DNA of 63,334 bases, the filler included, from Choristocarpus tenellus KU-1152 (lineage: Eukaryota; Protista; Phaeophyceae): NCBI GenBank assembly GCA_964200185.2. It is 13 parts of 13 records of this genome, joined end to end, with 100 filler letters (N's around TTAATTAATTAA, not from the genome) between each part and the next. Parts side by side here need not be neighbours in the genome. Positions count along the whole stretch, not along the records: positions 1 to 4,953 come from CAXNAD020012402.1; positions 5,054 to 7,685 come from CAXNAD020026116.1; positions 7,786 to 11,874 come from CAXNAD020016284.1; 10 more parts are not named here. One strand, given 5' to 3'. Below are positions 1-11,974 of the stretch, piece by piece; the stretch's first letter is position 1; the number at the start of each line of letters is the position of its first letter. The notes under the pieces are model-generated. The model searched no databases. It saw only the letters and a list, made by a program, of their open reading frames with translations, and had not been told where the DNA came from. The translations under genes and the position numbers were made by a program.

Positions 1-829
1 GGTCGTGTGAGGCTTCACACCTTCTTATCTTCACTACTAACAAATAGCATTACGTCCCAAGGTAATTTGCACAATATGAAACCAGTTGGTCACAGTAAAT
101 CTTCAAAGTGCGTTCCGAGCCCATACTTGGAATCATAATATTGTTTCGTAAATTATGTTGGAACTAGAAAACGGGCAAATCGCCAAAATGAGAGCACTTC
201 ATTTATTTCTATGAGATCATAAAAATATGCGCTATTACAAAGACCTTCCACTTTCTCTTTAGTTCCTTCGATTCTCTTATTGTTTTGAACCAGATTCAGG
301 CTATAGCATGTAGGTTATCCCTCCTTCTTGCGGAAATAATGTGCGTAGAGTGAGGAAGTAAATGCAATTTTAAACGAACCGAACGGCAGTGTGGTCTGTT
401 GAAAAGCTTGGCGCATGTAAGGCTCGTCGTCGAAAGCTAGCAGTTGAATTACTTGGTGAAGCATACACTGAATTATTAATTATCTGCAAGGTATTGTCCA
501 CTTGATGCTATTGTCCCACTATACCATTTGTAATGTCCCACTAACTCACCATAACATACCGCTGTGTACGTTACTACCTTGTATTGTACTAAACTAAAGA
601 TCAACGTACATGTCAGCTATGTTGTTTACTTGGATCAGCACAGATAACGTAAGGATAATACTAGGTTATTCGACATGGTGTTGACTTCGACAGCAAGAGA
701 AGTATTCATACTTCCGTACATGCTTTGATCTTCTCCAATCCGTTGTGAGAGATTGGAAAGCAGAGAAGTGATAGGTGGTAGAGATGTGGGAGATCTAGTC
801 TGTTCTAGAAAACGATAGGCCAATTGTAC

Positions 830-2820
830 ACTAAAAAATGGCGCCACTCACTCAAATACATGTCGGGAACACAACAAGAGGAGAAAAATATGAAATATCA
901 CCAAGATACAACAAGGCGTAGGACATGTGCATTCCTGTCCTACGGCACACACCAACACAAACGGCAGTGCCGATCGAAATCTTCGTGCAATGCCTGTCAG
1001 TCAGGAAGTTCTTGATTCCCCCAGTCGAGGATGCGTTATTCTCCTAGCGATCGCGCTCGTTCAAGTCATGTTCTCGCTTGTCACTCTGTTCCCCAGATAT
1101 TTGTCGTCATTCAGTCCTCCGGTGATCATACTCACCACCGTGGTCCTTGTGGGTGGCTTGTGCATATCCTCTCGGCTAGGGAAACCTTTCAGGTCGCTAC
1201 CCTGTCCTCTCAACTCGCTTCCACCGATTGTGGGCAAATGAACTGAGAATTCAAAAGTATTGTATGCTATCACTTTCCCGACGACGTAATGTTCTGGTTC
1301 ATGGGCGAGGGTGTACTTTTGTCGAGATGAGGGAGTCTTTCTCCTCCTTAGTGTTCCCGAAAGTATGGAATCCTGTGTTCATGGATGTGCTAACGAAAGT
1401 GTTGAGAAAGGGAAGGCCATTCGTCTAAGTAAACCTCATAAGGCTACCCGTATTATTCAGTTGAACAACGTCGATCCCTGACAACCGACATTCCCACTGT
1501 CGTGAGTTCAGTCTGGTAACGTTCAAGTTGCACGAAGGTTCAAATCGCCACGATACTTTGGAAACTACATTAAATTAGGTTTGGTACAGTAGGTCAGGAT
1601 GAAATTCTAGAGGGATGAAGAGTGGTGGAGTGGAGTCTTGTACATCGAAAATATTGTGTAGGTCAATGTTTCGATTCGGGAACTATCGGCGTGTAGTTTA
1701 TACTTTACACCGCATTATTTTCAAATAGTTTCATTCGCCGGAAGTATTGGAATCTCCCATTCTCGTAGTCTCCTTCACAAATAGAACTTGTCAAAGAACT
1801 TGAGGAGAGACTCTATCAACGAGTCCCATGTGTGGTAAATGCATTGGTGAAGCCAGTGTCTGATAGGGCGCAATGTGTTGTCCTTGCAACTTCTGATGCG
1901 AACAGATCACGATCTATCGATGGTGCAGTTGTACCATGATGCAAAGGATGATGGAAGTGGGACGGGCAGACGAGGAATGGAGAGCTAAAGGAAAGGCGAA
2001 AATCAATCACTTGGACAAGAAAAATTTCGAATTCTGCGAGGTGTAGATCCAAGCTGATAGCTTCTCATTTTTTCTATCCCATAGCTCCAGTTTGCCGTGG
2101 TCTCTTTTATCGAATGTGTAGCCGTTTCTACCAACTGGCATCAGTTCAACCCCTTGTACTATTGAAGCCGGACATGGGAGCAAATCGACGCACACTTCCA
2201 TTGTGCACTGTCTTTTAGACTAGGACTCTTATGAAGAGAGAGGTCTGTTGCCTGCAGACTGTGGCACTGGAACGGTTTGGTAGACAGACCACCTTTTGGT
2301 AGTACATTTCTACACTCCGCATACATCTTTGACCTTGGAGATCAAGGAGCCAAGGAATGGGCTACAGTACTTGAAGACATTTGTTCAATCCCCACAGGAA
2401 AGGGAGACAAGAAACCGCAAGTGATTCTGTTACATATATTTTTCGAGTATCATGAATGCCTTTTACACGTACCTGAGGCCTAAAGACCTTCACCAATGTG
2501 ACCGCGTTTTCCCTGTTGCACTGTTGGAGTGTCCTTCAATCAGACTCCCTCAAGTGTGGTAAGACGGTTTTTTGGATCTACCGTTGGTGATCTACAGATA
2601 CATATTTTTGAAATTTGCAAGGCATAGTATGGCTTCATGCAGCTAATCTTCCTACCCCTGTGAAAGTAGGTTGGATGTTCCAATTTTCACTATCCCGTTT
2701 CTCCTACGCAGGACGCAGAAGAACATGACCGCCATAAGGGTGGGGTGTACAATATGGGAAATAGAAGCCGGATCGAACAGCTCCGTTCTAAGGATTGGAA
2801 ACCATGTAAGAGGTAGTGTA
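830..2820 (+). mobile_element. Highly decayed hAT-like transposase remnant
   Basis: Frame-broken motifs occur in hAT order: BED-like W..C..H..C (824-1015), 'LVFPKVWNPVFMDVL' (cf. iPF..v.np.F..ml), 'WCSCTMMQRMM' (cf. TRWnS...ml.R), 'LHSAYIFD' (cf. H.AAY.LDP), 'PVSPTQDAE...NRSR' (cf. dimerisation domain). Many stops and frameshifts. Confidence 0.35.
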
Positions 2821-4727
2821 TAGTATAAATGTTGTCATGCAGAGAAAAACAAATTATTGCTCTTGGAACATGGTCTTCACTTTTCAAGGCTTAAGGTGAA
2901 TCCACTGAACTACACAACGTGGTCAGTAGATATGGTCCTGACTCTAGAGCTCCACATAAACTATTTTGACTTGGGTATTTTGCTCGTTTGGGGCAATGTT
3001 CTTCGGAATATGCATCTATTGCCTCTATTTGTCTTGGCTTCTTTCGGTACAATTTTAAATTGAAAGGTGAACAGCGGTAGAAGTTATTTGTTCACTGTTT
3101 CTAAAAGACAAACAGGAGGTGCAATATTTGATTATCTGCCAGGAAAAGTGGTCAGATCAAAGATGAAGCAAGACTACTGATAATTGAGGAGAATTTCTGT
3201 ACCGCATTTTAGAGCAGTGACGTTGCAAATATTCTATAGCTCCCTAAACCTCTCACCCTGACCTGCGAAATCCTTGACATACATGAGCATGGGAATAAAA
3301 CCAAGCCAATCTCATGAAAGCTGACCTGGTACTTCTTTGAAAAGGTGTGATATACAGGAACAGGTACACATGATATATTTATGGCCATAAGTGTCTGTGT
3401 TTGTATTTGACCTGATCGGATCATCCAGAAGTATTTTGCTGGGTGCATTCCAGTATGGTGATGTGTGATGGTCATGCGTAATATAGAAGGATATATCAAC
3501 CAAAATATCAATTTTGTGGTTGATCAACAAATCCAAGAAGTACTTGACCGGTTTCCAATAATTGACGTACTTGATAAGAAGAGTCGAAATCCGCAAAATA
3601 TAACGATATTATATGTTACTTTTATATATTTGATGCTTTTGACCTGTGTGTACCGTTCCCTCTGTCCATACTTGATACTTGATTGAAGTCTAATTTTTGA
3701 AGATATGATGACATGAAATCGTAAGCGTCATGTTGGACCTTGAAGTGTGAAGTACAAGGTGCAATCTCGACCCTGTTCCATAATCGTAAAAGTAGTGGTG
3801 ATGTCAAGAACCATTGGGCACCACTTCAACCTGTGTACACGGAAGGGACAACGAATTCACAAGGAAAACAAACACCATCACAGACAGTCCGCACTCATTG
3901 TTGTTTCCCTCATCACTCATCCCTGCCTGCTGTGTACAGCTCGAAACCCTCTGCTTGAGCAGATGGCACCCATGCCACCACCAACCATGCAGAAAGGAAG
4001 GTGCAATATTGGTCGAGAGGCAACATATGATGCAATGAAGGGAATTTTCAGAAAACTAGGAGAGCCTGAACCACTATCAGATTCAGATGTGCCTGAGAGA
4101 CGAAAAGGGAAAAAAACCATTGCATCCAGAGACAACCATAATGTTGTAGGAGAGATTTTGGTGAGAACTACTCTATTGAGCTGTTCCATGTTGCTTCTAT
4201 CATTTTATTCTTTTCCCTTACCCATCATTGAAGAGACAACATTTCTCTAGGTCTAACCTTGTGTACAGAAACAGTGCTTGAAGATATAAATTAGTTTATT
4301 TATTTAGATTGTTACCTTATCTCTCTAACCCCTCCACCCCCCTTCTCAAGATAACAAGCACCAATTTGAGGTGTTTTTTTCAAACTGTGATTCACAAGGC
4401 CCCCATTTCGACTTTTGAGTCAACTTTTGTATGCAGACATGTAAATCTGGATGAATCTAGAATTAAATAGTCTTTCATCTTCCTCTCTATGGTTACAGGA
4501 CTTCGATCGGAACATGGCACATCCTTGGCATGTGGTTACCCCTCATCCAAAGAAGCCACCCCCAAAGGGTGCCCGCCTTGGGATAGACATGTATGGACTC
4601 TTGCAAGAGACAGCACCAACAGTAGAAGACATGACTGCCATCCGGGTGGCAGACAAAAATGGTTTGGTAGGTCATGCCGAAGTGGACACAACCAAAAGGA
4701 AAAATGCATATAATACTGAGAATAATG

Positions 4728-4881
4728 GGGTCAAAGTATCTGTGGAGGGGTGGCGGCTGTCCATTTGGGTCCAATTTTTTCATGTCGCGATTTTTGTGTG
4801 ATTTGTTTCCATACATTGGATGGATAATGAAAGTGCACTTTTCCTGGTTTTGTTCAAATTGACACTCTGGTGTAGACCCCC

Positions 4882-4925
<44 letters not shown>

Positions 4926-4926
4926 A
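4728..4926. mobile_element. MITE family A, partial (runs into poly-C near contig end)
   Basis: Starts GGGTCAAAGTATCT; body is the reverse complement of the full copies at 28575 and 55030. Confidence 0.85.
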
Positions 4927-4953
4927 CACCCCTCGACACACTTACAGCTATTA

Positions 4954-5053
4954 NNNNNNNNNNNNNNNNNNNNNNNNNNNNNNNNNNNNNNNNNNNNTTA
5001 ATTAATTAANNNNNNNNNNNNNNNNNNNNNNNNNNNNNNNNNNNNNNNNNNNN
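4954..5053. other. Artificial contig linker N44-TTAATTAATTAA-N44 (also 7686-7785, 11875-11974, 20423-20522, 23957-24056, 27469-27568, 30679-30778, 42841-42940, 46830-46929, 54115-54214, 57199-57298, 60499-60598)
   Basis: Identical 100-bp spacer occurs 12 times; the 12-mer puts stops in all six frames. Confidence 0.98.
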
Positions 5054-5142
5054 ACGCGTGCGACCAAATCACACCAAAAAAGTGAAATCGAAAAAAGGGT
5101 GAAAAACGGACACCGACACCCCCCCTCCAGATACTTTGACCC
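5054..5142. mobile_element. MITE family B, partial
   Basis: Ends CCAGATACTTTGACCC; its reverse complement aligns with the outer element at 23382 and provides the empty site for the nested insertion. Confidence 0.85.
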
Positions 5143-6849
5143 TTGTCACTGTTCAATTCATGTATTGGTTGTATGATGTACGGCGTGATGCAGGCATGGG
5201 AAGTGGATCCATCCGATATTTTCGAGGTTTGCTGTTTTTTCGAGGAATGTATCCGAATTGTGCAAAATAAAAATAATATTCAATGCCTATGTTTGTGAGA
5301 CACCAAAAAATTGATATCTCGAAAAACTAATTCATATGTCAGGGACAACACAAAATAGCTATTCAATGATTTAGTGGCGTTTGCTGCTAAGTGAATCGAC
5401 CTGGTGGATGGATGGATTCCCCTTTCCTTTGGTTTGTATTAGTAGCTGTTACATAGCCAATTGTTAAGGAAATGAGCAGGTTACTGAAGGTTGGATAGCT
5501 CCACCATTATACCATACTATCAGCACACACAAAGTCGGAGTTGATTCGTTTCTAGTGTGCTGAGTATTCCAGAGTACTCTGCAAGTTACTGTTTGTAGGC
5601 TACTCGATCCAATACCAGTAACTGAACCATTATGTCCCAACAGTATTCAACATTAACTCCTTTTAAATTGCGGTTAAGAATTGCCTGAACAAAATAAGAT
5701 TTATATCAAATGACCCCAAGTGCCGTCCTAGATAGTGGACACCATAGAGCAAATTGACTCTAATTGTCATCTTGGACAACGTCTATTGCGGTGCAAATTA
5801 TTGGTATTGTCGTGTAGACAAACGGACATCATATAGATAAAATTTAATCGAGCATTCTAGAGAAATGCTAGCGTGTGAGAATCTTGAAGTAAGGATCACC
5901 CATCTTAAAAGAGAGGTGGAGGGGGGAGGGATTTCTCAATACAAGTGCATTATTTGTATGCTGCGGGGAGTGGATTCCTAGGAGCACTGAGCTCCTCGAT
6001 GCTTGAGGCGAGGAGGAAAATTGTTTGCCATACATGTAAGGGAATCTCCATGAAGTATTTGCACTGATTCCATAGTCAGGTAAATACAATTAGTTTCCCT
6101 ATCCTGACAAGGTAATGACGTATTCATCTTTACTCGTTTCTGTCCTTATGGCAGAAGCTGGGTCAGGGGCCAATCTCTCCCAACTATGGCATAAGAATTG
6201 AGTGGAGCGCTGTAATTTTGTTATGGTAATTTCAGCCCATAGGACAAGCATTTTAGATACATATTTAGATGATGACGTCGACAGTTCTTGTATAGCCATG
6301 CCGTATCACACAATACCAATCTAATTGATGTTCTAAGTCGACGTATAAATGATTACTCAATGCTATCATTGGACTTGCTACTAAGCGATTATTGACTAAA
6401 CGTATAATGGTTATCTATTATAGTGTGGTTTCTTTTCACGCTCGGGTCAGGTAACATTCTTGTGCCACCAAGTCATTCGGAGCATTAAACACGCACACCA
6501 TCGTATGCATCAATACATGAGTCACATTGGCATGGGTCATTATGACTTCGATGTGCAATTGTCGGAGTTGTAATGATAAGTTACACCAGAAGTCTCGAAG
6601 AATCACTCTTGAACACTCACTCTTCTTGGCTATGAAGGATGGCAACTACCAGAAACGTTATGTACTTTCTCAGGGGCGGTGCAATACATCTTCTGGAGTG
6701 CAAACTCCGAACCGTCCTAGATGTTTGGGTACTTCAGAAGAACGCGTCCATACACTCCATGAAGTACTATACTTTGTGTGTGTGTGTGTGTGTGTCATCA
6801 GTCAATATACCAAGAACGTCATATACAGGTAATGTATGCAACGTGTGTG

Positions 6850-7400
6850 CAGGTTAAGCATCCTACGGGCAAAAAAAGTATCAACCACTGTCAAACATTG
6901 CCTGGAACTCGGTTGGTAAGGGCAATTCCGTGGTACAGACAAGAGAGAAAAAGGTAATAAAATCTTTACCGAACAATACATAGACAATCTCTTCTACGAG
7001 AAACTCTAGAAAACACCACTCTTTTGAAGGATCGATTAAATGATCACAGAATAGACAAAGAACGTGTACTCTGGAGGGGGTGTGGTGGTCACCTTGTCTT
7101 AGATTCAATGAACAACAGATGACAGAGGTGAGGGAGAAGCTTTGCTGTTGCGCAGTTCTCTGCACCTACTTACTATTTCATCAGCAACGGCATCTTCTGT
7201 ATATGAATACATTCCATCCACATAATAATAACATACGCCAATCTCCTTGTTGAGACACCTTCTAGTTTTTCCTATGGTTTAGATCTGTTACCACATTGTG
7301 CACTTGAGTGGACATAAAGTCGACCAACAATGCAGCAGTATCTATTCTTTTGGTGCCCACAATATTTCCTTTCCCCCTATGGCAACAAATAAAATGTGCA
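6850..7400 (+). mobile_element. Decayed mariner-like transposase, N-terminal part
   Basis: Broken frames 'KKVSTTVKHCLE..KREKGNKIF..TPLF*R', 'SSLHLLT' and 'IVHL..SIY..P..NK' loosely follow the plant/stramenopile mariner layout. Confidence 0.3.
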
Positions 7401-7629
7401 CTTCAAGAAAGAGGTGTTTGAAGCAGAATATACAACTCCAGTCAGGAGGTAAAAAACATCAAGAGACAAAAACAAAGTTCATTCCAACATCTCAACCCAT
7501 GATGACAGCTTAAACCTGTCCTAGCACTCACTCGTTGATCCCATTCGAAACCATCATGCAACTTTGATGCATACACAGTGTACCCTCTAGGACAAAATTT
7601 CAGTCCTTTCCGGAACTCTGCGAGGTGCT

Positions 7630-7685
7630 GGCTCAAAGTATCTAGGAGGGGGTGGCGGCTGTCCATTTGGGGTCAATTTTTTCAT
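7630..7685. mobile_element. MITE family A, end at contig break
   Basis: GGCTCAAAGTATCT, G-tract, then GGCGGCTGTCCATTTGGGG. Confidence 0.85.
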
Positions 7686-7785
7686 NNNNNNNNNNNNNNN
7701 NNNNNNNNNNNNNNNNNNNNNNNNNNNNNTTAATTAATTAANNNNNNNNNNNNNNNNNNNNNNNNNNNNNNNNNNNNNNNNNNNN

Positions 7786-7810
7786 CCCCCTCCCTCAGAT
7801 ACTTTGGGTC
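7786..7810. mobile_element. MITE terminus at contig start
   Basis: C-tract followed by CAGATACTTTGGGTC. Confidence 0.75.
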
Positions 7811-8648
7811 AGATGTAGAATAAAATGTCTCTGAAGAGTTGGGGAAACTTATTTTGGTAAATGCTCTGCAGGCTGAATGCGATACCAAGGCCATGCCATT
7901 CTTTGCCAAACTTAGGATGGCTCCATGGTGCGAGGGTGGGATGAGCGAAGTTGAATAATGTGCAAATTGGGGCAAAAGGGTGTTACTACTGTCATTCCCT
8001 GGTAGTGCACCACCAAGTACTGAGCGCGTGTTCGAGTGGATGTGCAAATTCCCTTAGCAAAATCCCCTACCATAAAATTCGTATCACTGCTCACAACGTT
8101 CCATGTTCTTGCTTCCCCACCATAACAATATTGCACACAATTCGAAGTAGTTTGTCAAATCGTTTCTTGTATCTGCAACCATCATACTGTCACACAAAAG
8201 ACGCAATAAGAACCTGTACTCAAAGCAACAGGAGTTGCACAAGAAAATGAAGTCAGACACAGGTGTACAACCCATGGACCTGACACTGGCTGTACACTAG
8301 AACTCTATACATCAGACTCTTTTGAGTCTGTTGCACTACTGTTATGAATTTCTTTTCTTCTCCTTATTGCATGACACACACATGCAACATTTATGAAGAG
8401 TGTCAACTGGTTATCTGATACCAGGATTGTCATGGAAAATCAATGATAGGATTATTTTGATAACGACCACAGGTGTATGCCAAAGTCCCTTGACCTAACC
8501 ACGAGTATGATAGATTGCAGCACTTGACCTGCCACATCATTATTTGGAAGTACCCCACAGTACACTTTAACCGACTGCATTGATTACTCTTGTCCTTGTG
8601 GGAACAGACCCTTGGTCAAGCCATACTCAACGCAAGTTACAGATATAC

Positions 8649-10140
8649 CTTCTTTTTTTGACGGAATTGGTTTGTCCTCACGTCAAGTTCAGCCGCCTTC
8701 CACTCAGCATAAGCTCGTTTTCGTTCCATCTCCTCATCCTTTTCCTGCTTTGCCCGCTCCACTGCTGCCCGAGCAGTGGTAATCCTCTGTGCTGCTGCAG
8801 CTGATCTTGTTGCTGCCTCACGTTCTCGTGCCCTGCTTGTCATACAGATGTGTCAAATTGTCTATATTCAGGTTGATGGGGTTGAGCATAATCACTCAAC
8901 AAAATATATGTTATCATGGGCAAGAACTTCTCCCCATGGACTCACTATTGCCGTACTCAGCACTGAAAAACTTTGGGCTTATAGTGCACAACTGCACATA
9001 GCCATGCTTTGCATGGTATTTTCATTTACAGGTACTTGTTTGGCTTACTACATGAATCACCTATAAGGAGGGATATAGCATCCTTGGCAAGCACCACTTC
9101 TAACAGCATACCCACCTCTTTGCTGCCAAGGCAGATACCTCTCTCTCCACCTTCTTTCTTGCAGCTTCTTCCTCCTTCTCCTGCTGAATCTTGCGCCGCA
9201 CTTCAAAATTCCTGTTTAAGCGCTCTTGGTGAAGGAGAGCTTTCCTGTTTGCTTCTTCTGCTCGTTTCTCTGAGGCCAAACGAATATGCTCTTGTCGTAA
9301 TTCCTCCTCCTGCAAGCGTCTACAATAGGTCAACGCAGAAAGGACTATGTTTTTGTCTCCCTCAAGAAGTCCCAAAGATGGTCAAATGAGGAATGGCTAC
9401 CAGCTCATCCCTGGCTTCTCTATGGAGGATAGATTTTGTCCTCTTCGTATGCATGACAAGCAATGCTTTTAGAAGGTCTCTTGCTACATATTTCGGTCAT
9501 CGACCGTGTCTTCTTTCGCCTATCCCGTATACCTCCCTGTAGGTTAACTTCTGAGCCAAACATACCTCAATACAACTTTTTCTTTATCTTTTTCCCTGAT
9601 AGCTTCTTCTCTGTTGATTTTCTCCCTTATCAATGTGGAGCGTCGACAATCAAGACGCGCTCTTTCCGCATCAAGTCGGTGATTCTGTCGACGGGCTTCA
9701 ACATCCGCCTCCCTTCTGGCACTCTCGGCTGCCCTTTTTCGGTCTCGCTCCTGGTGTTGCCGAATGTATGTACTTAGTACTTGTTTTTACGTCAATAGTA
9801 GCTTGGTCATCAATCTATCCACCAAGGTCTACTCACTTCAAGTATGAAGCAGACGACATATTGGCGAGCAGCGTGCTTGACAAAGATTAGTCGGCTGTGG
9901 TGAACTTGCCTCTAGAGCAAGATTTCTAAGCTCAAACGCCAGGAGATGCTGGAACTCGACCGCCTGTTTTTTCTTGAGATTCGCTAGCCTCTGGGTTTCC
10001 TGTTCCGTCCAAGCAGGTAAGGGCGCTCCAAGCGGTTGATCCTTCGTGATCTTAATTCCAGCATGTTCGCCCTGCACCATCTTCAATTTCTTGGGGTGTC
10101 GAAGATTGCGATGGCGGTCAACTCGTGTTCTTACTCCCAA
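8649..10140 (-). CDS. Multi-exon E/R/K-rich coiled-coil protein (partial; exons about 10140-9910, 9780-9566, 9320-9116, 8832-8649)
   Basis: Charged helical segments 'EQETQRLANLKKKQAVEFQHLLAFE', 'ARREADVEARRQ..IREKDKEK', 'RLQEEELRQEH..' and 'AREREAAT..KKK'; the last three join at phase-compatible GT-AG boundaries. The 5' structure is unresolved. Confidence 0.65.
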
Positions 10141-10589
10141 GCAATATTGCCTCTTCGTAGCACTTCAGAATCTCGCAGAGGATGGATCATTCTCTCCTCT
10201 CCCGAGCCGCCTCCACGCCTCGTCCGCCAACGTTGATGAGGTTGGCCAATGTTGACACTCCTCGCCCAGATCTTCAAATTAAATGTTATATATCCTTGAT
10301 CCATCTCATCTTCCCTTCCCCGTAACAGGCCCTTTTCAACATCAGCAATGCTCTTGTGGAATATACGGTGTCGATCTCACCTTGTGTCTGAAGACAAAAC
10401 AAAAGAAAACGGGTGTGTACTCTGCAAGAGGAAGGCATCTGAACGTTCATTCCTAGATTCCTCCTTGGAATAACGAGTATTACAAATAATATCAAACGTT
10501 TCGTTGGACAAGGCCTTCCAAGTCTTAGTTTGATGTCCCACTCGTATAGTGTACTCTATCTACCTCCCATTGTGTGCCCAACCTCAGCC

Positions 10590-11465
10590 ATGAAGGTAAA
10601 TCAGCGATCCCAACGTGGGTCTGTGGTATTGACGCTTTGCACGGTTGCAGTCCCTATCATAGCATTTCAGCCACTTTGTAGAATTGGGGAGTGGAGAGCA
10701 AGAACACCTCTGTGTAAGGGAGACCGCACAGGCAGAAACTTTCAATGCCTCAGACATAACATAGGCTACACCAGATTACGTTCAAGGTGGTGGCGGGAGT
10801 TTATCGTAAAGGCTGTTGATGAGGGAAAAGATGTTGATGGAGAGGTGAGTCATCTGTCATTGCGGTTTTGTGGGAGTTGAACCTTTTGTTGAGCATAGGT
10901 TGAAGCAGTTGATATCAAAGCGATTGGCGTTTATCTAAACTGCAGTAAGTTGGTATTTTCTTCATTTAGAGGGTGCTACCGTTGTTGAATTGTCTGTTGA
11001 AAGGTGAGAATTATCTCTTTGAGTCCCCTCCATGCTGACTACTCGTGGTGTGGCCAGATCGATTTGAGTGCGTTCTAAGGGACCTGTATCCAACTTTCCC
11101 TTGCAGGATCAGCTTCATGTCGAAGGAAGCAGGATCATACCGATGTGTTCCCTACTCCACTAACCAAACACTTACGAGTGGCGATGCCACATGTCCCTTC
11201 ATTACCGCTTACCCCGGCCCAGGCTGTTACAGAGTCAAGGTCTCAAGGCCCGCCAGGACCTATCGACGGCAAGGTGGCAGAAAGCCAGCCCACGAATTTA
11301 CGATTAGGGAGGGAGGAGACGACTCTCGAGCTGTGCAAGAAACGGCTGGTAGTGTTACAGCGTAAACTCCGGCAGGTTAAGGACTTGATCGTTAGACAAG
11401 CGCAGGACCCAAGCTCACTGGATGAAGCCCAACTACGCAAGATTGATCGCAAGTACGAATTGCAG
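10590..11465 (+). CDS. 5' part of a putative plastid-targeted protein (exons 10590-10844, about 11133-11465)
   Basis: Hydrophobic stretch ending 'IIA-FQP' then an R-rich transit-like segment; donor GAG|GTGAGT; exon 2 carries 'KKRLVVLQRKLRQVKDL..LDEAQLRKIDRKYEL'. Confidence 0.6.
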
Positions 11466-11974
11466 GTTTGTATCCGTGCCTTTCAGTTTCCTTCCGTCTG
11501 TGCGTCGAACAATGTGTGCCATGACGCGTATTCCTTTCAAAAGTAGTTGACTTCTTCTCTCATTTGCTGAAATCCTTCCGGCTTGATTTGCGCCTCTTTC
11601 CCCCTTCAACTTTCCGTCCTTGATTTCAAAGCGTTTCCCATTGAGAACCAAGGCAACCGAGAGGAGTTTGTACTTTTTCGTTTTGATTTTCAAGGGGCTA
11701 TTAAGCTTTCTTTCAAGAAGGTGCAGACTTTAAAAAGGGTATGCCAATAAGGATTACTTGCTTCTGCCAAGTGAAGATAACCACAGAACCATAATGCACC
11801 CACACCTGTGGACTGAATGCTCAAAGAACATGTGCCGCTAGAAAATTAGAGGACCCATCAAAACTGAGGGCACCNNNNNNNNNNNNNNNNNNNNNNNNNN
11901 NNNNNNNNNNNNNNNNNNTTAATTAATTAANNNNNNNNNNNNNNNNNNNNNNNNNNNNNNNNNNNNNNNNNNNN

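Noticed and set aside
2950-4720. ORFs 3747-4250 and 4451-4801
   Set aside because: Probably element debris; no diagnostic motif, and the latter runs into a MITE.
9904-9910. GC-AG intron (GAG|GCAAGT) in the coiled-coil gene
   Set aside because: No phase-0 acceptor was found before the next exon, so it cannot be supported without transcripts.
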